This document shows, piece after piece, positions 51,790 to 63,004 of a DNA stretch of 64,000 bases. This DNA is from Thecamonas trahens ATCC 50062 (lineage: Eukaryota > Protista > Apusomonadida). Numbering within the stretch: position 1 is the stretch's first letter; every line of letters begins with the position of its first letter. The notes beneath the pieces were generated by a model that saw only the letters and a list, made by a program, of their open reading frames with translations, had not been told where the DNA came from and ran no database searches. Position numbers and translations under genes: made by a program. The DNA lies in the NCBI RefSeq assembly GCF_000142905.1, contig NW_013657633.1, positions 45,154 to 109,153 of the forward strand, in the 5' to 3' direction.

Positions 51790-53172
51790 ATGGCGGACAA
51801 GATGCGGAGTGTGTGGCGGTGTGCGGCAGCAGGCTCTATTGACAACGTCGAGCTGGTGGACGAGCCGCTGGAGGCTCTGCGTCCGGGCGAGGTCCGTGTC
51901 CGAGTCACCGCTGTCGGCTGCAACTTTGCCGATGTCTTTGCCATGCAGGGCCTGTACTCGGCCACGCCCGAGGGCGCCTTCATCCCTGGCCTGGAGATCG
52001 CCGGCGTGGTTGAGGCCCTCTACTCTCCTTCCGAGCCGGCGAGCAAGCCCATCGCTGCAAATGGTGGCAATGATGACGATGATGGTGACAATGGCAGTGG
52101 CCATGAGCCCGGTCATGAGGTGGTGTGGAGCCGGGGCGTGGCCGACTTTCGCACCATCGGCTCCATCACCACCACCCTGCCGGCACAGCCGGTAGAGGCG
52201 GCGAGCTTGAAGCGAAAGCGCGCAACGAGCGCTGGTGAGCGTAGTACAAGCAAGCGGCAGAAGGCGCTGGCGGGTGGTGCCGTTGCAGCCGCTGCTGGGG
52301 TTGGGCACGATCTGGCGGTCGGCGACAGCGTCATGGGCGTCGTCCGGTTCGGCGGCTACGCGTCGTATGTCAACGTCGAGGCGCAGCGGCTGCAGCGGCT
52401 GCCGGTCGGGTGGGAGGCGAAGCACGGGGCAGCGTTCCCGGTCCAGGCCTTGACCGCCTTCTACGGCCTGGTCGAGATCGGCGGTATGCGGCTGCCGGGC
52501 ACCGAGGGACTGGCGGCGTCGCTCCCTCAAAAGTCGGTCCTCATCCACTCGATGGCCGGCGGCGTAGGCCTTGCGGCACTGCAGGTCTGCCTTGCTCTCG
52601 GCGCGCCGTGCGTGGGCACGGTTGGCGCGGCTTGGAAGAAGGACTGGCTCCTCGATGCGTATCCTCAGCTCGCGCCGGAGCAGATCATTGTCCGAACCTC
52701 GCCGGGCGCTTTCGAACGGCAGCTCGACTCGGCGCTGCGGAGCAAAGAAGTTTGCCGTGCAGCAGGCGTCGACATTGTCTTTGACGCCATTGCCGGGCCG
52801 TGGACCAAGCCGGCAATGGCCAAGCTGGCCCCGATGGGGCGGTACGTCATCTTTGGCGCAGCCTCGTTTACGCCCTTGGGCCCCACGCCGTCGTACCTCA
52901 GCCTCGGGCTCAAGTACCTGACGCGGCCTACCATCGATCCGATGGAACTCATCTCGTCGAACCATGCAGTCATGGGCTTCAATCTCATCTGGCTCTGGTC
53001 GCAGCTCGAGTACCTCTCTGCGGTCAAGGACGCCATGATGGAGCACGTGCCCTGGCGGGCGCCGAAAGTCACTACCTATCCGTTTGCGGACATGAAGGCC
53101 GCAATCGCTAAGTTTCAGGCTGGCAAGACGGTCGGCAAGGTGGTGCTCGAGCCGGTGCATCCCGAGCTCTAA
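51790..53172 (+). CDS. Zn-independent MDR quinone oxidoreductase, VAT-1-like
   Basis: GEVRVRVTAVGCNFADV…GLY…IPGLEIAGVV, RFGGYA, VLIHSMAGGVG, GVDIVFD and GKTVGKVVL. Confidence 0.88.
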   Translation: MADKMRSVWRCAAAGSIDNVELVDEPLEALRPGEVRVRVTAVGCNFADVFAMQGLYSATPEGAFIPGLEIAGVVEALYSPSEPASKPIAANGGNDDDDGDNGSGHEPGHEVVWSRGVADFRTIGSITTTLPAQPVEAASLKRKRATSAGERSTSKRQKALAGGAVAAAAGVGHDLAVGDSVMGVVRFGGYASYVNVEAQRLQRLPVGWEAKHGAAFPVQALTAFYGLVEIGGMRLPGTEGLAASLPQKSVLIHSMAGGVGLAALQVCLALGAPCVGTVGAAWKKDWLLDAYPQLAPEQIIVRTSPGAFERQLDSALRSKEVCRAAGVDIVFDAIAGPWTKPAMAKLAPMGRYVIFGAASFTPLGPTPSYLSLGLKYLTRPTIDPMELISSNHAVMGFNLIWLWSQLEYLSAVKDAMMEHVPWRAPKVTTYPFADMKAAIAKFQAGKTVGKVVLEPVHPEL

Positions 53173-53188
53173 CGCGAGGGGGCCTTCC

Positions 53189-54193
53189 TCATCCAAGCCC
53201 CACATCGAGCGACATCATGACGACAAAGCCGGCGATGGCGCCCCACGACGCGAGCCGGGCGTTGCCGGCTGATGCAGCCTCGATGACAATGTCGTCGACA
53301 ACAACAAAGATCATGGCCCCGGCAGCAAAGGCGAGCGCGTACGGCAGAATCGCCTGTGAGAGGATGTAGGCAAAAGCGCCGAGGAGGCCAAAGACTGGCT
53401 CGACCATGCCCGACGCCTGGCCCCAGAAGAAAGCCCGCCACGGCGACATGCCGGCCCGGAGGAGCGGGAGCGAGACCGCCAGCCCCTCAGGCCAGTTCTG
53501 GATGCCGATGCCGAGCGCGAGCGACTGCGCCGACGCCAGCGTCGCTTTGGGCGATCTCCCCACCGCCGCAAATCCCACACCAACCGCCATGCCCTCGGGC
53601 GCGTTGTGGGCCGTGATGGCGATGAGCAGCAGCAGAGTCCTCCGCCAGGACGCACTAGCCGCAGAACGTGCATCAGCCGCTGCTGTCACTCTCGCCACTT
53701 GGCCATGGCCATCGCTTTGCTTCTTGCCTGCCCGACTCCGAACCGATGAAGCCGACGAGCTTCGCGAGACTGCTGACGAGACGCCCTCGCCGGCACCGAG
53801 GCCAGCATCAGCATCGGCATCAGCACTAGCATTGTGGTCATCGTGGCCGGTCGGAGCCAGCAGGCCGTCTGGGAGGACAGCATCGACCGCAGCGACAAAG
53901 GCAGCGCCGAGTGTGAAGCCGATGGCGACGGGAACAAAGGCAAACGCGCCGTCTTGACCATATGCACCAGACTCTTCCGCCAGTTCGATGGCCGGGGCCA
54001 GGAGCGACCAGAAGGAGGCGGCGATCATGACGCCGGCAGCAAAGCCCAGGCCGACGTCGAGGACCTTGCGGAGAGTGGCCTGTGGAGCCGAGGCCGGGAC
54101 GGCAAAGACCACCGCTGCGCCGAACGCCGTCAAGCCCCACGTGAGAAGCGTGCCAAGCAGTGCCTGTGTCACAGGGTGCGCGCCTTCGATCAT
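53189..54193 (-). CDS. SLC39A11: ZIP11/GufA-type zinc transporter
   Basis: MIEGAHPVTQALLGTLLTWGLTA, GFAAGVMIAASFWSLLAPAIE, AITAHNAPEGMAVG, GIGIQNWPEG and GQASGMVEP. Confidence 0.92.
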   Translation of the reverse strand: MIEGAHPVTQALLGTLLTWGLTAFGAAVVFAVPASAPQATLRKVLDVGLGFAAGVMIAASFWSLLAPAIELAEESGAYGQDGAFAFVPVAIGFTLGAAFVAAVDAVLPDGLLAPTGHDDHNASADADADAGLGAGEGVSSAVSRSSSASSVRSRAGKKQSDGHGQVARVTAAADARSAASASWRRTLLLLIAITAHNAPEGMAVGVGFAAVGRSPKATLASAQSLALGIGIQNWPEGLAVSLPLLRAGMSPWRAFFWGQASGMVEPVFGLLGAFAYILSQAILPYALAFAAGAMIFVVVDDIVIEAASAGNARLASWGAIAGFVVMMSLDVGLG

Positions 54194-54726
54194 GCCGGTA
54201 GAGGTGAGTGAGGTGGTCCCCCCGTGGCGGTCGACTGTGGCGGTGGTCGCGGCGGGTGCGGACACCGCGCCAAGGCCAAGACAGCTGGCTGAGCCGACTT
54301 CAAACGATCGCCCTACCTGTTGCCTGCCATGGACCACCCCTTCCACTCCACCTTGTATCCCCCCCCCCCCCCCCCCACCACCACTCATCGCCATGGATCG
54401 CCCTACTACAGCCTGCTGACTGCCACCGATGATAGCCTGATGTGGCGCGCAAGTCGCCATCGGGCAGTCTCCACACTCCCCTGCTGATCGCCATCGAGCA
54501 CCCCCCCCCTACCCCTTACCCCCCCCCCCGGTCATCGCCATGGATCGCCCGTCCTACTACAGCCTGCTGACAGCCATCGATTGGGTCGGATGCACGGCTG
54601 GGGCTGTCGGGCGGTGGTGGCACATGACAGCAGCAGGCGAGCAGAGGGGACCTGGTCGGGAACACGGCAGACTGCACTGGAGCAGACCAAGGAGGCGGGC
54701 GGCAGGGGAGTGGCACCAGACAGAGC

Positions 54727-56220
54727 ATGCACAACGTGTTTGGAGCCGGTGACTCGCTGTTTGCCTCGGACTCGGGCGAGGGCAGCGGTGGCGGAGATGT
54801 GGATGATGTGTTTGGCGAGTTTGTGGCCAAGCGGAGGGCGAGGAAGAGCAAGACGGCCGAGGCCGTGGCCAAGCGTGGTGGTGCAGGCAAGGGCAAGGCG
54901 GCTGGTGGGAAGAAGGCTAAGACACGGCCTGCCAAGGGCTTGTTTGCTGACCTGGGCCCAGACGGCGACACGGCGGACGCTATCGATGATGTTTTGTTTG
55001 GCGGCGCACATGGTGGGCTCGACGACGGGGATGGCATCGACGACTCGCCCGGTGGTCTGTTTGCGCCTGCGGCTGGCGCAGGCCTTGCTGGTGCAAGTGA
55101 TGATGGGGATCGCGACCTTCCCACCGATCCGGTCGAGCGGCGGAAGGAGCTGCGGAGGCGCAAGGCCGAGCGCGATCGCATCAAGGCCGAAGAGGAGGCC
55201 AAAGAGATCGAGAAGGGTCGCCTGGCGCGGAAGAAGAAGCGGGATGCAGCTGCAGCAAAGCGCAAGGCTGAGGCGGCGGCCGTGGCTGCTGCGGCTGCCG
55301 CTGAGGCGGCCGAGGCCACTAAGAACATGTCTGCCCGCGAGAGGCTGGCCCAGGCCAAGGCTGCCCGCGAAGATGAGGCCACTGCGCCTGCCGACGAGGC
55401 TGACGACCTCATTGCGGACGTGCTGGGCAAGAAAAGCTCGCTTGCCGACAAGCCAAGCTCCAAGTCGAGCTCCAAGAAGCGTGCTGGGCTGATGGACCCG
55501 GCCGAGCGGGCCGAGGCGAGGCGGGAGCGGGCGGCGTCCAAGCGGGCCGGGCTGCGGGTGCGGTCGGACTCGTCGTCCGACTCGTCATCATCGGTCTCAT
55601 CGGCCGTCATCGAGGCCCGCGCAGCCGAAATGGCGGCCAAGGCCAAGGCCAAAGCCAAGGCCAAGGCCAAGGAGAAGGCTGCCAGAGCTAAGGCCAAGGC
55701 CAAGGAGAAGGCTGCCAGAGCCAAAGCCAAGGCCAAGGCTGCCAAGGCCGAGGCCAAGGCTGCGCGAGCGCGGGCGAAGGAGGCCGAGCGCCGCGCCGCC
55801 CGCATCGGCCACGTTGTTCACGAGTCGGAGAGAAGGTCGCGGGCCAGGGGCAAGCGGATCCGTGGCTCGCAAATGCGCGACGACCCGGGCTCGGTCTCGT
55901 CGGGCGAGGAGGCCAAGGCTTCGATCCGCGACCGGGTGCGGGCCAAGCGCGAAGCGCGCCGCCGCGCTGCAGGTGTCCAATCTACAGGCGGAAGCGAGCG
56001 CGAGGCAGGCAAGACCAAGGCCAAAGCCAAGGCCAAGGCCAAGGCTGATATCCCCTGGCCACCGTCGTCTGTCCCGTATGTCCGCATCGACGCCGACGGT
56101 GAGCGGCTGCCCAAGCACTGGCGGATGGGCATTGATCCTGCGACTGGACAGGAGTTCTACTTTCAGACCAAGACGCTTGTACGGACTAAGCGCCGGCCGA
56201 TCCGTATGTACGATGCGTGA
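54727..56220 (+). CDS. Lys/Ala-rich coiled-coil protein with C-terminal WW-like domain
   Basis: (AK)n tracts and LPKHWRMGIDPATGQEFYFQTKT…P. Confidence 0.65.
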   Translation: MHNVFGAGDSLFASDSGEGSGGGDVDDVFGEFVAKRRARKSKTAEAVAKRGGAGKGKAAGGKKAKTRPAKGLFADLGPDGDTADAIDDVLFGGAHGGLDDGDGIDDSPGGLFAPAAGAGLAGASDDGDRDLPTDPVERRKELRRRKAERDRIKAEEEAKEIEKGRLARKKKRDAAAAKRKAEAAAVAAAAAAEAAEATKNMSARERLAQAKAAREDEATAPADEADDLIADVLGKKSSLADKPSSKSSSKKRAGLMDPAERAEARRERAASKRAGLRVRSDSSSDSSSSVSSAVIEARAAEMAAKAKAKAKAKAKEKAARAKAKAKEKAARAKAKAKAAKAEAKAARARAKEAERRAARIGHVVHESERRSRARGKRIRGSQMRDDPGSVSSGEEAKASIRDRVRAKREARRRAAGVQSTGGSEREAGKTKAKAKAKAKADIPWPPSSVPYVRIDADGERLPKHWRMGIDPATGQEFYFQTKTLVRTKRRPIRMYDA

Positions 56221-56455
56221 ATGAGTGAATGCCCGGTCCCCGGAGCGCATGGACCAGCCCGTGATGAGCACGGCGTGACAGGCGAGCGAGAGATGGAGCG
56301 GAAGTGGAGTGCGAGAGGCCAGACTCATCGCTCTGTAGCTCTAGGCGGAGACCGAGCCAGCCGAGGTCCCATCCCCCCCCCCCCCCCGCCCCTCCTCGCC
56401 CTCCCTCCCTCCCTCCCTCCCTCCCTAGTGTGTGGTGCTGGACAGCTGTGGTGGC

Positions 56456-58694
56456 ATGGCTATGCAGGCGCCCGAGGTGCCTCGAGGGACGCAGGTCTCG
56501 GGGACGGAACAGACCCACATTGGGAAGAAGCTGAAGACCGTACGCACCGAGGAGAGGAGGTAGGCAGAGGGGGAGGGGGGGGGGGGGGGGAGGGGGTACT
56601 CACAGGATTGACCTGGGGGGTCCTTGTCCTCGTCGTTGTTGTTGGCCTGGCTGTGGTCGGTCTTCCTGCTCGTCGTCCTCGTCGTCGTCGTCGTCGTCAT
56701 GGTCGTCATGCGTGTGCGTTTGATGCCTGTGACTGCGGTCTTGGTCGTCGTCCTCATCGTTCTCAACGTTCTCATCGTCTTTGTCTTCAACTTTCTCGTT
56801 GTCCTTGCACATTGGGTCGCTATCATCGCCGCCCGTGATCGTGGTCGTGATCGTGATCGTGATCGTGCCTGGTCGCGACTCGGCCGCAACACAGTTGTAC
56901 GTGCTCGAGGTTGAGACCGACCGTGGCGTCATCCGCCGCAAGTACCGCTACTCTGAGTTCCACGCGCTGTACAACGCGCTAAAGGACAAGAACATCCCGG
57001 GCTTTCCTTCGAGCTTCCCGTCAAAGAAGGTGTTCCACTCGGCAAAGACGCTCGAGCGCCGCCGCATCGGCTTCCAGCGGTTCATTGCCCAGCTGCTCTC
57101 GCTGCCGGACATACTGCTTCACGACGAGTTACGCTCGTTCCTCGGCCTTCGGATGGTGAATCCGGGCGAGCCGCCGTCGCCGACCAAGCCTTCGCCCGAG
57201 GGCAAGCATCGGTCGAGCCGGCTCGCCACCGGCTCGCCCAAGTTCCGCAGCAAGCGCAGGGACGACGGTGCGGCTTCGTCCGACTCGGCCTCATCGTCGT
57301 CGGCAGCGACCGGGCGGCCCAAGGTCCCGGCGCGGTCGCGTGCCCCCTCGATCTCGTTCTCGGGTGATGAGGGCGGTGGATCGTCTGCCAGCGGCATGCC
57401 GCGTGCCCGCGGCTGGTCCGCGCTCGAGGACGACCTCGGTGCCATCGAGGCCGGTGTGGCAGTGGTTCAGGCCAAGCGCGCGGCGATGGCGCCGCCGCCG
57501 CCGCCGACCTCGGCCCGCGCCTCGCGCGCTATCTCGCCCGCGTTCATCGCTGACCTCGACACGCAGCTTTCGGTGGGCTGTGCCCCGCCGTCGCCTGACG
57601 CCGCACTCCTGGCCTCGCGCGCGCTGCTCGCCGACCTCCTCGACGACGCCGCCGGCGACGACGAGTTCCTTGACATGACCGACCCATCGTCGTTTGACTT
57701 TACCTCAGACGACGAGGGCTCGCTCCTCGGCCTCGACACCGACTGGTCGGGCATCGGCCACGAGCTCAACATCTCGGCGACGTCGCCGCTGGTGCTCTCA
57801 AGCGACGACGCCGAGTCGCAACACGGCCCTGTCCCGCATCTTGCTTCCGATGCCGATGCCTACGAGGCCTTGCTGCATGAGGTCCCACTGCCGGCCGAAG
57901 CCGACCCCAAGGGCGTGCTGGACCTCGTCACCGCTTTTGCCGACTTTGCCGCATGGCCCAACGCCAACTCGGCCATTACCGAGGAGTTTGGCAAGATTCC
58001 GCGCGACTTGCAGTCGCTGCATGGACTCAAGGGCGCGCTGGAGGACAACGAGGAGTGTCTCCCGCCCGAGCTCGAACCGCAGCTAGCGGCCTTCCTTGCC
58101 GACGTCGCCTTCCGCACCCCAGCAGACGTCGCGGCGTGGCGGGCCGAGCAGGGGCTGGCACCGTCTGCGTCACCGCCTCGCCGCCGCCGCGCCTCGTCCA
58201 TTCTACGCTCCTCGATCGTCACCTCGCTCCACCGCTACATCGGAGCCTTTCAGGCGGCATCCAAAGCGCTCGACGTCCACGCCCGCACCGCCTCCCTCGC
58301 CTCGGTCCGTGACCTGCTCAAGGTTGTCGTCGAGGCCATCAACGGTGCGGCGGCCTGCCTCGTCGAGCTCGACCACCCGGAGATGATGACCGCCGACGAG
58401 CTCAAGGCACCCGCCGCCGCCCTCCTCCGCGCCGCCCGGCCGCTCTTTGACGCCGCAGACGACTACCACGCCGTCACACCGCCGTTCACCGCCGCACACG
58501 CCCAGCTCAAGGCCGTCGTCGCCAACCTCGTCGAGGAGGCCAACACCTGGTATGCCGTCGACTCGCTCGCCGTCTCCACCCTCGCTCTTGCCCGTGACGA
58601 CCTCTCCCCGCACTCGCAGCGGCTCATCGACACTGAGCGCATCACCCGCGTGCGCCTCTTGTCCTCGAGCAAGGCGGCCCTCGTCACCGTGTAG
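56456..58694 (+). CDS. PX-domain protein
   Basis: Exon 1 56456-56539, intron GTACGC…CAG 56540-56894, then LYVLEV…YRYSEFHALYNALK…FPSKK…LERRRIGFQRFI…LRSFL. Confidence 0.85.
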
Positions 58695-58961
58695 CGCCCC
58701 CCCCCCCCCCCCCCCCCCCCGTCGATGAGCCAGTCCGTGGCCATCGGTCATCGGTCGTTGTTCACCCGTTCGCGTGGCCGCAGAAGCTCCGTGGCCATGA
58801 CGCCACCGCTCGTGATGACGTGACACGTACGCCACCTGAATCAAAAGCGATCGCCCACGCCATACCACCCGACCCGCGGCTGACAAGGACCCCCCCCCCC
58901 ACACACACACACACACGCACATACACGCATATATATACACACTCGACAGCCAAGACCCAAC

Positions 58962-60596
58962 ATGGCAGCAGTGGCAGCCCACGCACTCGAGCTCTCGATG
59001 GAGGCAGCTGAGAACGGAACAGGTGGTGGTGGCGGTGGTGGAGGGGGCGACCACAGCTCGCCGGCAGGCACTCCGCGTCCTTCCAAGTTTGCGCCGGCCG
59101 AGTTCCGGTCGGCTTCGGTGAGCGTGATTGTTCTGGGCGCATCTGGAGATCTGGCCAAGAAGAAGACACTGCCGGCGCTGTATGGGCTCTTTCTTAGGGG
59201 TCTCCTCCCGGCAGAGGCTGCTGTGGTTGGCTACGCGCGATCGGATCTGTCGAGAGCCGACTTTCATGACCGCATCTCGCCCAATCTGGAGAAGGTCGAT
59301 GGCTCGTCCGACGACTCGCTTGCCGTCTTTCTCGGTCAGTGCCACTACGTTTCCGGTCAGTACGACTCGTCCGAGGACTTTGCCGCTCTTCATGATGAGC
59401 TCATCCGCCTCGAGGACGAGGCCGGCGCCAGCGAGTCTGGCGAGGCCCATCGCCTCTTCTATCTCGCTCTCCCGCCCAAGGTCTTTGCCAGCGTCTCGGC
59501 CACCTTTGAGCCCGTGGCCATGTCACAGCGTGGATGGAACCGGGTGGTGGTGGAGAAGCCGTTCGGCCGTGACTTGGCGTCGTCGAATGAGCTCGTCGCT
59601 GCGCTCGCAGAGACCTTCACCGAGGACCAGCAGTTCCGCATCGACCACTACCTCGGCAAGGAGGCCGCGCTCAACATGGTTGTCTTCCGCTTTGCCAACC
59701 TCACCTTCCAGCCGCTGTGGAACCGCAACTACATCTCGACGGTGGAAATCACCTTTAAGGAGCCGTTTGGTACCGAGGGCCGTGGCGGATACTTTGACGA
59801 GATCGGCATTGTCCGCGACGTGATGCAGAATCACCTGCTGCAGCTCCTCGCTCTCACCGCCATGGAGCGCCCGATCTCGCTCTCGGCCGAGGACGTGCGC
59901 GACGAAAAGGTCAAGGTCCTCCGCTGCATCGAGCCGCTCACCCTCGACGACATCCTCATCGGCCAGTACGTGGCCAACGAGGAGACCGGCAAGCCCGGGT
60001 ACACCGACGACGACGGCGTGCCCGACGACTCGCGCTGCGCCACTTTTGCCACCGCTGCCTTCAACATCCGCAACGAGCGCTGGGACGGTGTCCCCTTTAT
60101 CATTCGCTGCGGCAAGGCCCTCAACGAGCGCAAGGCCAACATCCGCATCCAGCTCCGCGACACCCCGGGCCAGCTCTTTGGTGACGCAGCCCGCAACGAG
60201 CTCGTCTTCCGCATCCAGCCCTCGGAGGCCATCTACCTCAAGGTCATGGCCAAGAAGCCAGGCCTCGGCGACGAGCTCGTCCAGACCGAGCTCGACCTCA
60301 CTTACCACTCGCGCTTCCCCTGCGAGACCATTCCCGACGCCTACGAGCGCCTGCTGTACGACGTCCTCCGCGGCGACCGCTCACACTTTGTTCGTGCCGA
60401 CGAGCTCGAGGCTGCGTGGCGCATCTTTGACGATGTCCTGCACAAGCTCGATGATGGCGCCGTTGAGCCACTGCCGTACGTCTACGGCTCGCGCGGGCCC
60501 GACGCAGCCGACGACTTTGTCGCCGCGCGCGGCTACGTTCGCTCCGGCGACTATTCGTGGCAGGCGAGCAGCCAGCAGTCGCCGAGTAAGCTGTAG
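58962..60596 (+). CDS. G6PD: Glucose-6-phosphate 1-dehydrogenase
   Basis: GASGDLAKKK, EKPFG, RIDHYLGKE, RDVMQNHL and PDAYERL. Confidence 0.98.
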   Translation: MAAVAAHALELSMEAAENGTGGGGGGGGGDHSSPAGTPRPSKFAPAEFRSASVSVIVLGASGDLAKKKTLPALYGLFLRGLLPAEAAVVGYARSDLSRADFHDRISPNLEKVDGSSDDSLAVFLGQCHYVSGQYDSSEDFAALHDELIRLEDEAGASESGEAHRLFYLALPPKVFASVSATFEPVAMSQRGWNRVVVEKPFGRDLASSNELVAALAETFTEDQQFRIDHYLGKEAALNMVVFRFANLTFQPLWNRNYISTVEITFKEPFGTEGRGGYFDEIGIVRDVMQNHLLQLLALTAMERPISLSAEDVRDEKVKVLRCIEPLTLDDILIGQYVANEETGKPGYTDDDGVPDDSRCATFATAAFNIRNERWDGVPFIIRCGKALNERKANIRIQLRDTPGQLFGDAARNELVFRIQPSEAIYLKVMAKKPGLGDELVQTELDLTYHSRFPCETIPDAYERLLYDVLRGDRSHFVRADELEAAWRIFDDVLHKLDDGAVEPLPYVYGSRGPDAADDFVAARGYVRSGDYSWQASSQQSPSKL

Positions 60597-60641
60597 CCAA
60601 CACACTTAACGATGCAGACTCCACGCAACAAATGCTGGGGA

Positions 60642-62138
60642 TCACTGCGCCGTAGAACCCGGCCATGGCTCTACAGTTTGCCAGTCGAGCCCGTCGTCGC
60701 GCAGCAGCTCCCAGACACAGGCCGGGTGGGCATGTTGTGCGGGGAGCGCGGCGGCACAGAGCGGATCAAGGCCATACCGCTCCAGTGGCGGCAGAAGGGT
60801 GCTCGGCTCCGGCAGCGGATCGTACAAGCGGGGCAGCGGGCGCGGGGTGGTGGCGGTGGCGGCGGCGGTAAGGACAGCAGCGACGCAAGCCGAGGTGCGT
60901 GCGCTCTGCTCCTCGGCGTGCGCGTTTCGCAGCGCCACGATGTCGGCCGCCTGTGCCTCAAGCACGGTGGCACGGACGGCGGCCGAGCCGCCGCTGTCAA
61001 GCGCCGCGAGCTGAGACTCATGCTGGGCGCGGAGATCGGTGATGGCGGCCTCGTGCTCGGTAAGCAGCGCCCGGAGCTCGTCCTGAATCAGGGCCCGGCC
61101 GCTTGGCGCGGCCTGGGCAAGTGCCGACGTCGCTGCCACCAGCCGTGCAAAGGCGGTCGCTTCGGCTGCTTGGTACGTCAGGAGTGCCTGCGCCATGCGG
61201 AGATGTGCGGCGCGAAGGTCGCAGCGGGCATAGGCCTCGGCAGCAAGTTTGGCGTTCTCGTGGGTAAGCTCCGCCAGACGCGATCGCGACCACTCGCTCA
61301 GTGCAGAGTGGAGCGAAAGCCGGGCAGCAGCCTCGGGCGATGCTGCCGGCGCCGTGAGGCTCTCCAGCCACTCGGCATCGCCACCATCGCTGCCAGGTAG
61401 CGGCAGAGCATGCCCGGGCGGGTCGACACCAATGAGCTCGGCACGCGTGAGTGCGTGCGCGCAGGCAGCCTTCAGCTTGCTCCGCTGCGTCCCGTGCGCC
61501 GCCACAACCGACTCGAGATACTCGGGCATGGCCGCCAGCACCGGATCGCAGCCAAAGCTGGTCACCAAGCCCCGGGTGTACGGCGGGAGCAGCGCCGCGT
61601 TGGACCACACGTCCGGTGGCTCGACTGAGACCGGTTCGACCAGGATCCAGCCATCGTCAACACGCCGCATCTGCAGCCTGTCGCCATTGCGCCCGAGCTC
61701 AACGTCGACATCGTCCGCGTCGTCCGACTCGTAGCCGTAGCCAGAGCCAAGGCGACGCCACCACGGCGAGGGCGATGACTGCGGCGAGGCCATGGCCACG
61801 TCCGACGCCCAGAACTGGTCCAGCACCCGCTGCGATCGGAGCGCGATGCGGTCGGCGCCACCGGACACATCCATAAACGCCGCCCACCCGTCGTCATCGT
61901 CGTCTCCTTGGCCATCAAAGGAGCCCACTCGGTCGTCATCAAAGTCGTCCGTGTCGACCTTGTCGTCCATGGCCTCGGCGACAGTCCGGGCAAGCCGAGC
62001 CGGGTGGGCGAGGGTGGCGGACGGAGAGTACGCTGGTGACTGCCAGGGGCGTCTACGAGTCGGACTAGTGGTGGTGGTGGTGGTCGAGGGGTATATGCCC
62101 CAGCCCGGGCTGGGGCTGGCGTATGGGCTCCAGGTCAT
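60642..62138 (-). CDS. Hypothetical protein with C-terminal coiled coil
   Basis: Long ORF with host-like codon use. The start is uncertain: ATG 62138, with the frame open to 62426. Confidence 0.55.
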   Translation of the reverse strand: MTWSPYASPSPGWGIYPSTTTTTTSPTRRRPWQSPAYSPSATLAHPARLARTVAEAMDDKVDTDDFDDDRVGSFDGQGDDDDDGWAAFMDVSGGADRIALRSQRVLDQFWASDVAMASPQSSPSPWWRRLGSGYGYESDDADDVDVELGRNGDRLQMRRVDDGWILVEPVSVEPPDVWSNAALLPPYTRGLVTSFGCDPVLAAMPEYLESVVAAHGTQRSKLKAACAHALTRAELIGVDPPGHALPLPGSDGGDAEWLESLTAPAASPEAAARLSLHSALSEWSRSRLAELTHENAKLAAEAYARCDLRAAHLRMAQALLTYQAAEATAFARLVAATSALAQAAPSGRALIQDELRALLTEHEAAITDLRAQHESQLAALDSGGSAAVRATVLEAQAADIVALRNAHAEEQSARTSACVAAVLTAAATATTPRPLPRLYDPLPEPSTLLPPLERYGLDPLCAAALPAQHAHPACVWELLRDDGLDWQTVEPWPGSTAQ

Positions 62139-63004
62139 GGGTGGGGTCGGGACAGGTGGTGAGCCATGGGAGGTGGTTGGCGGTCGGCGGGCGGCGGTCG
62201 GCGGTCGGTCGGTGGTCCAACTCCATCTCGGTGGCTTGAAGGCTTGGGCAGACGATGAGACAGGCAGATCGCTGGATGCCAGCCACTGTAACGAGTGCTT
62301 ATCTTTGTTGAGGGTGATCATGGTTCGAGTGAGCCGAGTTTGGTGCACAGATGCGTGCAGCGTGGCTACATGACTTGGCAATGGGGGCCCATGTCCCGGT
62401 GAGCAGCAGAGATCACCAAAATCCACGTGGCCAGCCCGACACCTGGCAAACGGGCCTTAGCTGGGAAAGGGTCATGGTCCACAATGCTAACCTCTCTCTG
62501 GTGGTCCGAAGGATGTGCGATGGTTCTGAGCAGCAACCAGGACAGAGGACGGCCTCTTAGGCTGTACCCCGTCCGTTGTCAACGCCTTTGTCAACGCCTC
62601 GATACGCTCGCTTACCCCCCTTTTTTTCGCCCCATCCCTCCTCCTTTCCCCCCCTCTTTCTAAACAAGACCTCCTCCTGCACCCAAGATCCGACGCAACC
62701 TTCTTTGGCCGGAGACACTCTATCGTACGGTTGGATAGCTAACAACCTGTACCCCTGCAGGGTGGCGGATCACCCCTACTCGGCCCGGCTCACGCCGGTC
62801 CGATCCATGTCTTGTTTTTACCCAAGGTCAGGCCTCTAGTCCAGGCGCATCATGCATGCGACGAGGCAGACAGGTCGGCTTGTGCCTAGTCGGGCCCGAA
62901 GAGTCCCTTCCTACGGTCGGGGGCTTCGTTCGACAGGGACACTCCAGTCTACATCATAGAATTGATATGCACTCACCGGCGCAAGTACAGCGATTCAGGT
63001 CCAG

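Noticed and set aside
52020-52300. Second intein in the ~90-aa insert of the quinone oxidoreductase (and the ~140-aa insert in the MYST C-terminus)
   Set aside because: Both are low-complexity loops with no intein blocks and no terminal His-Asn.
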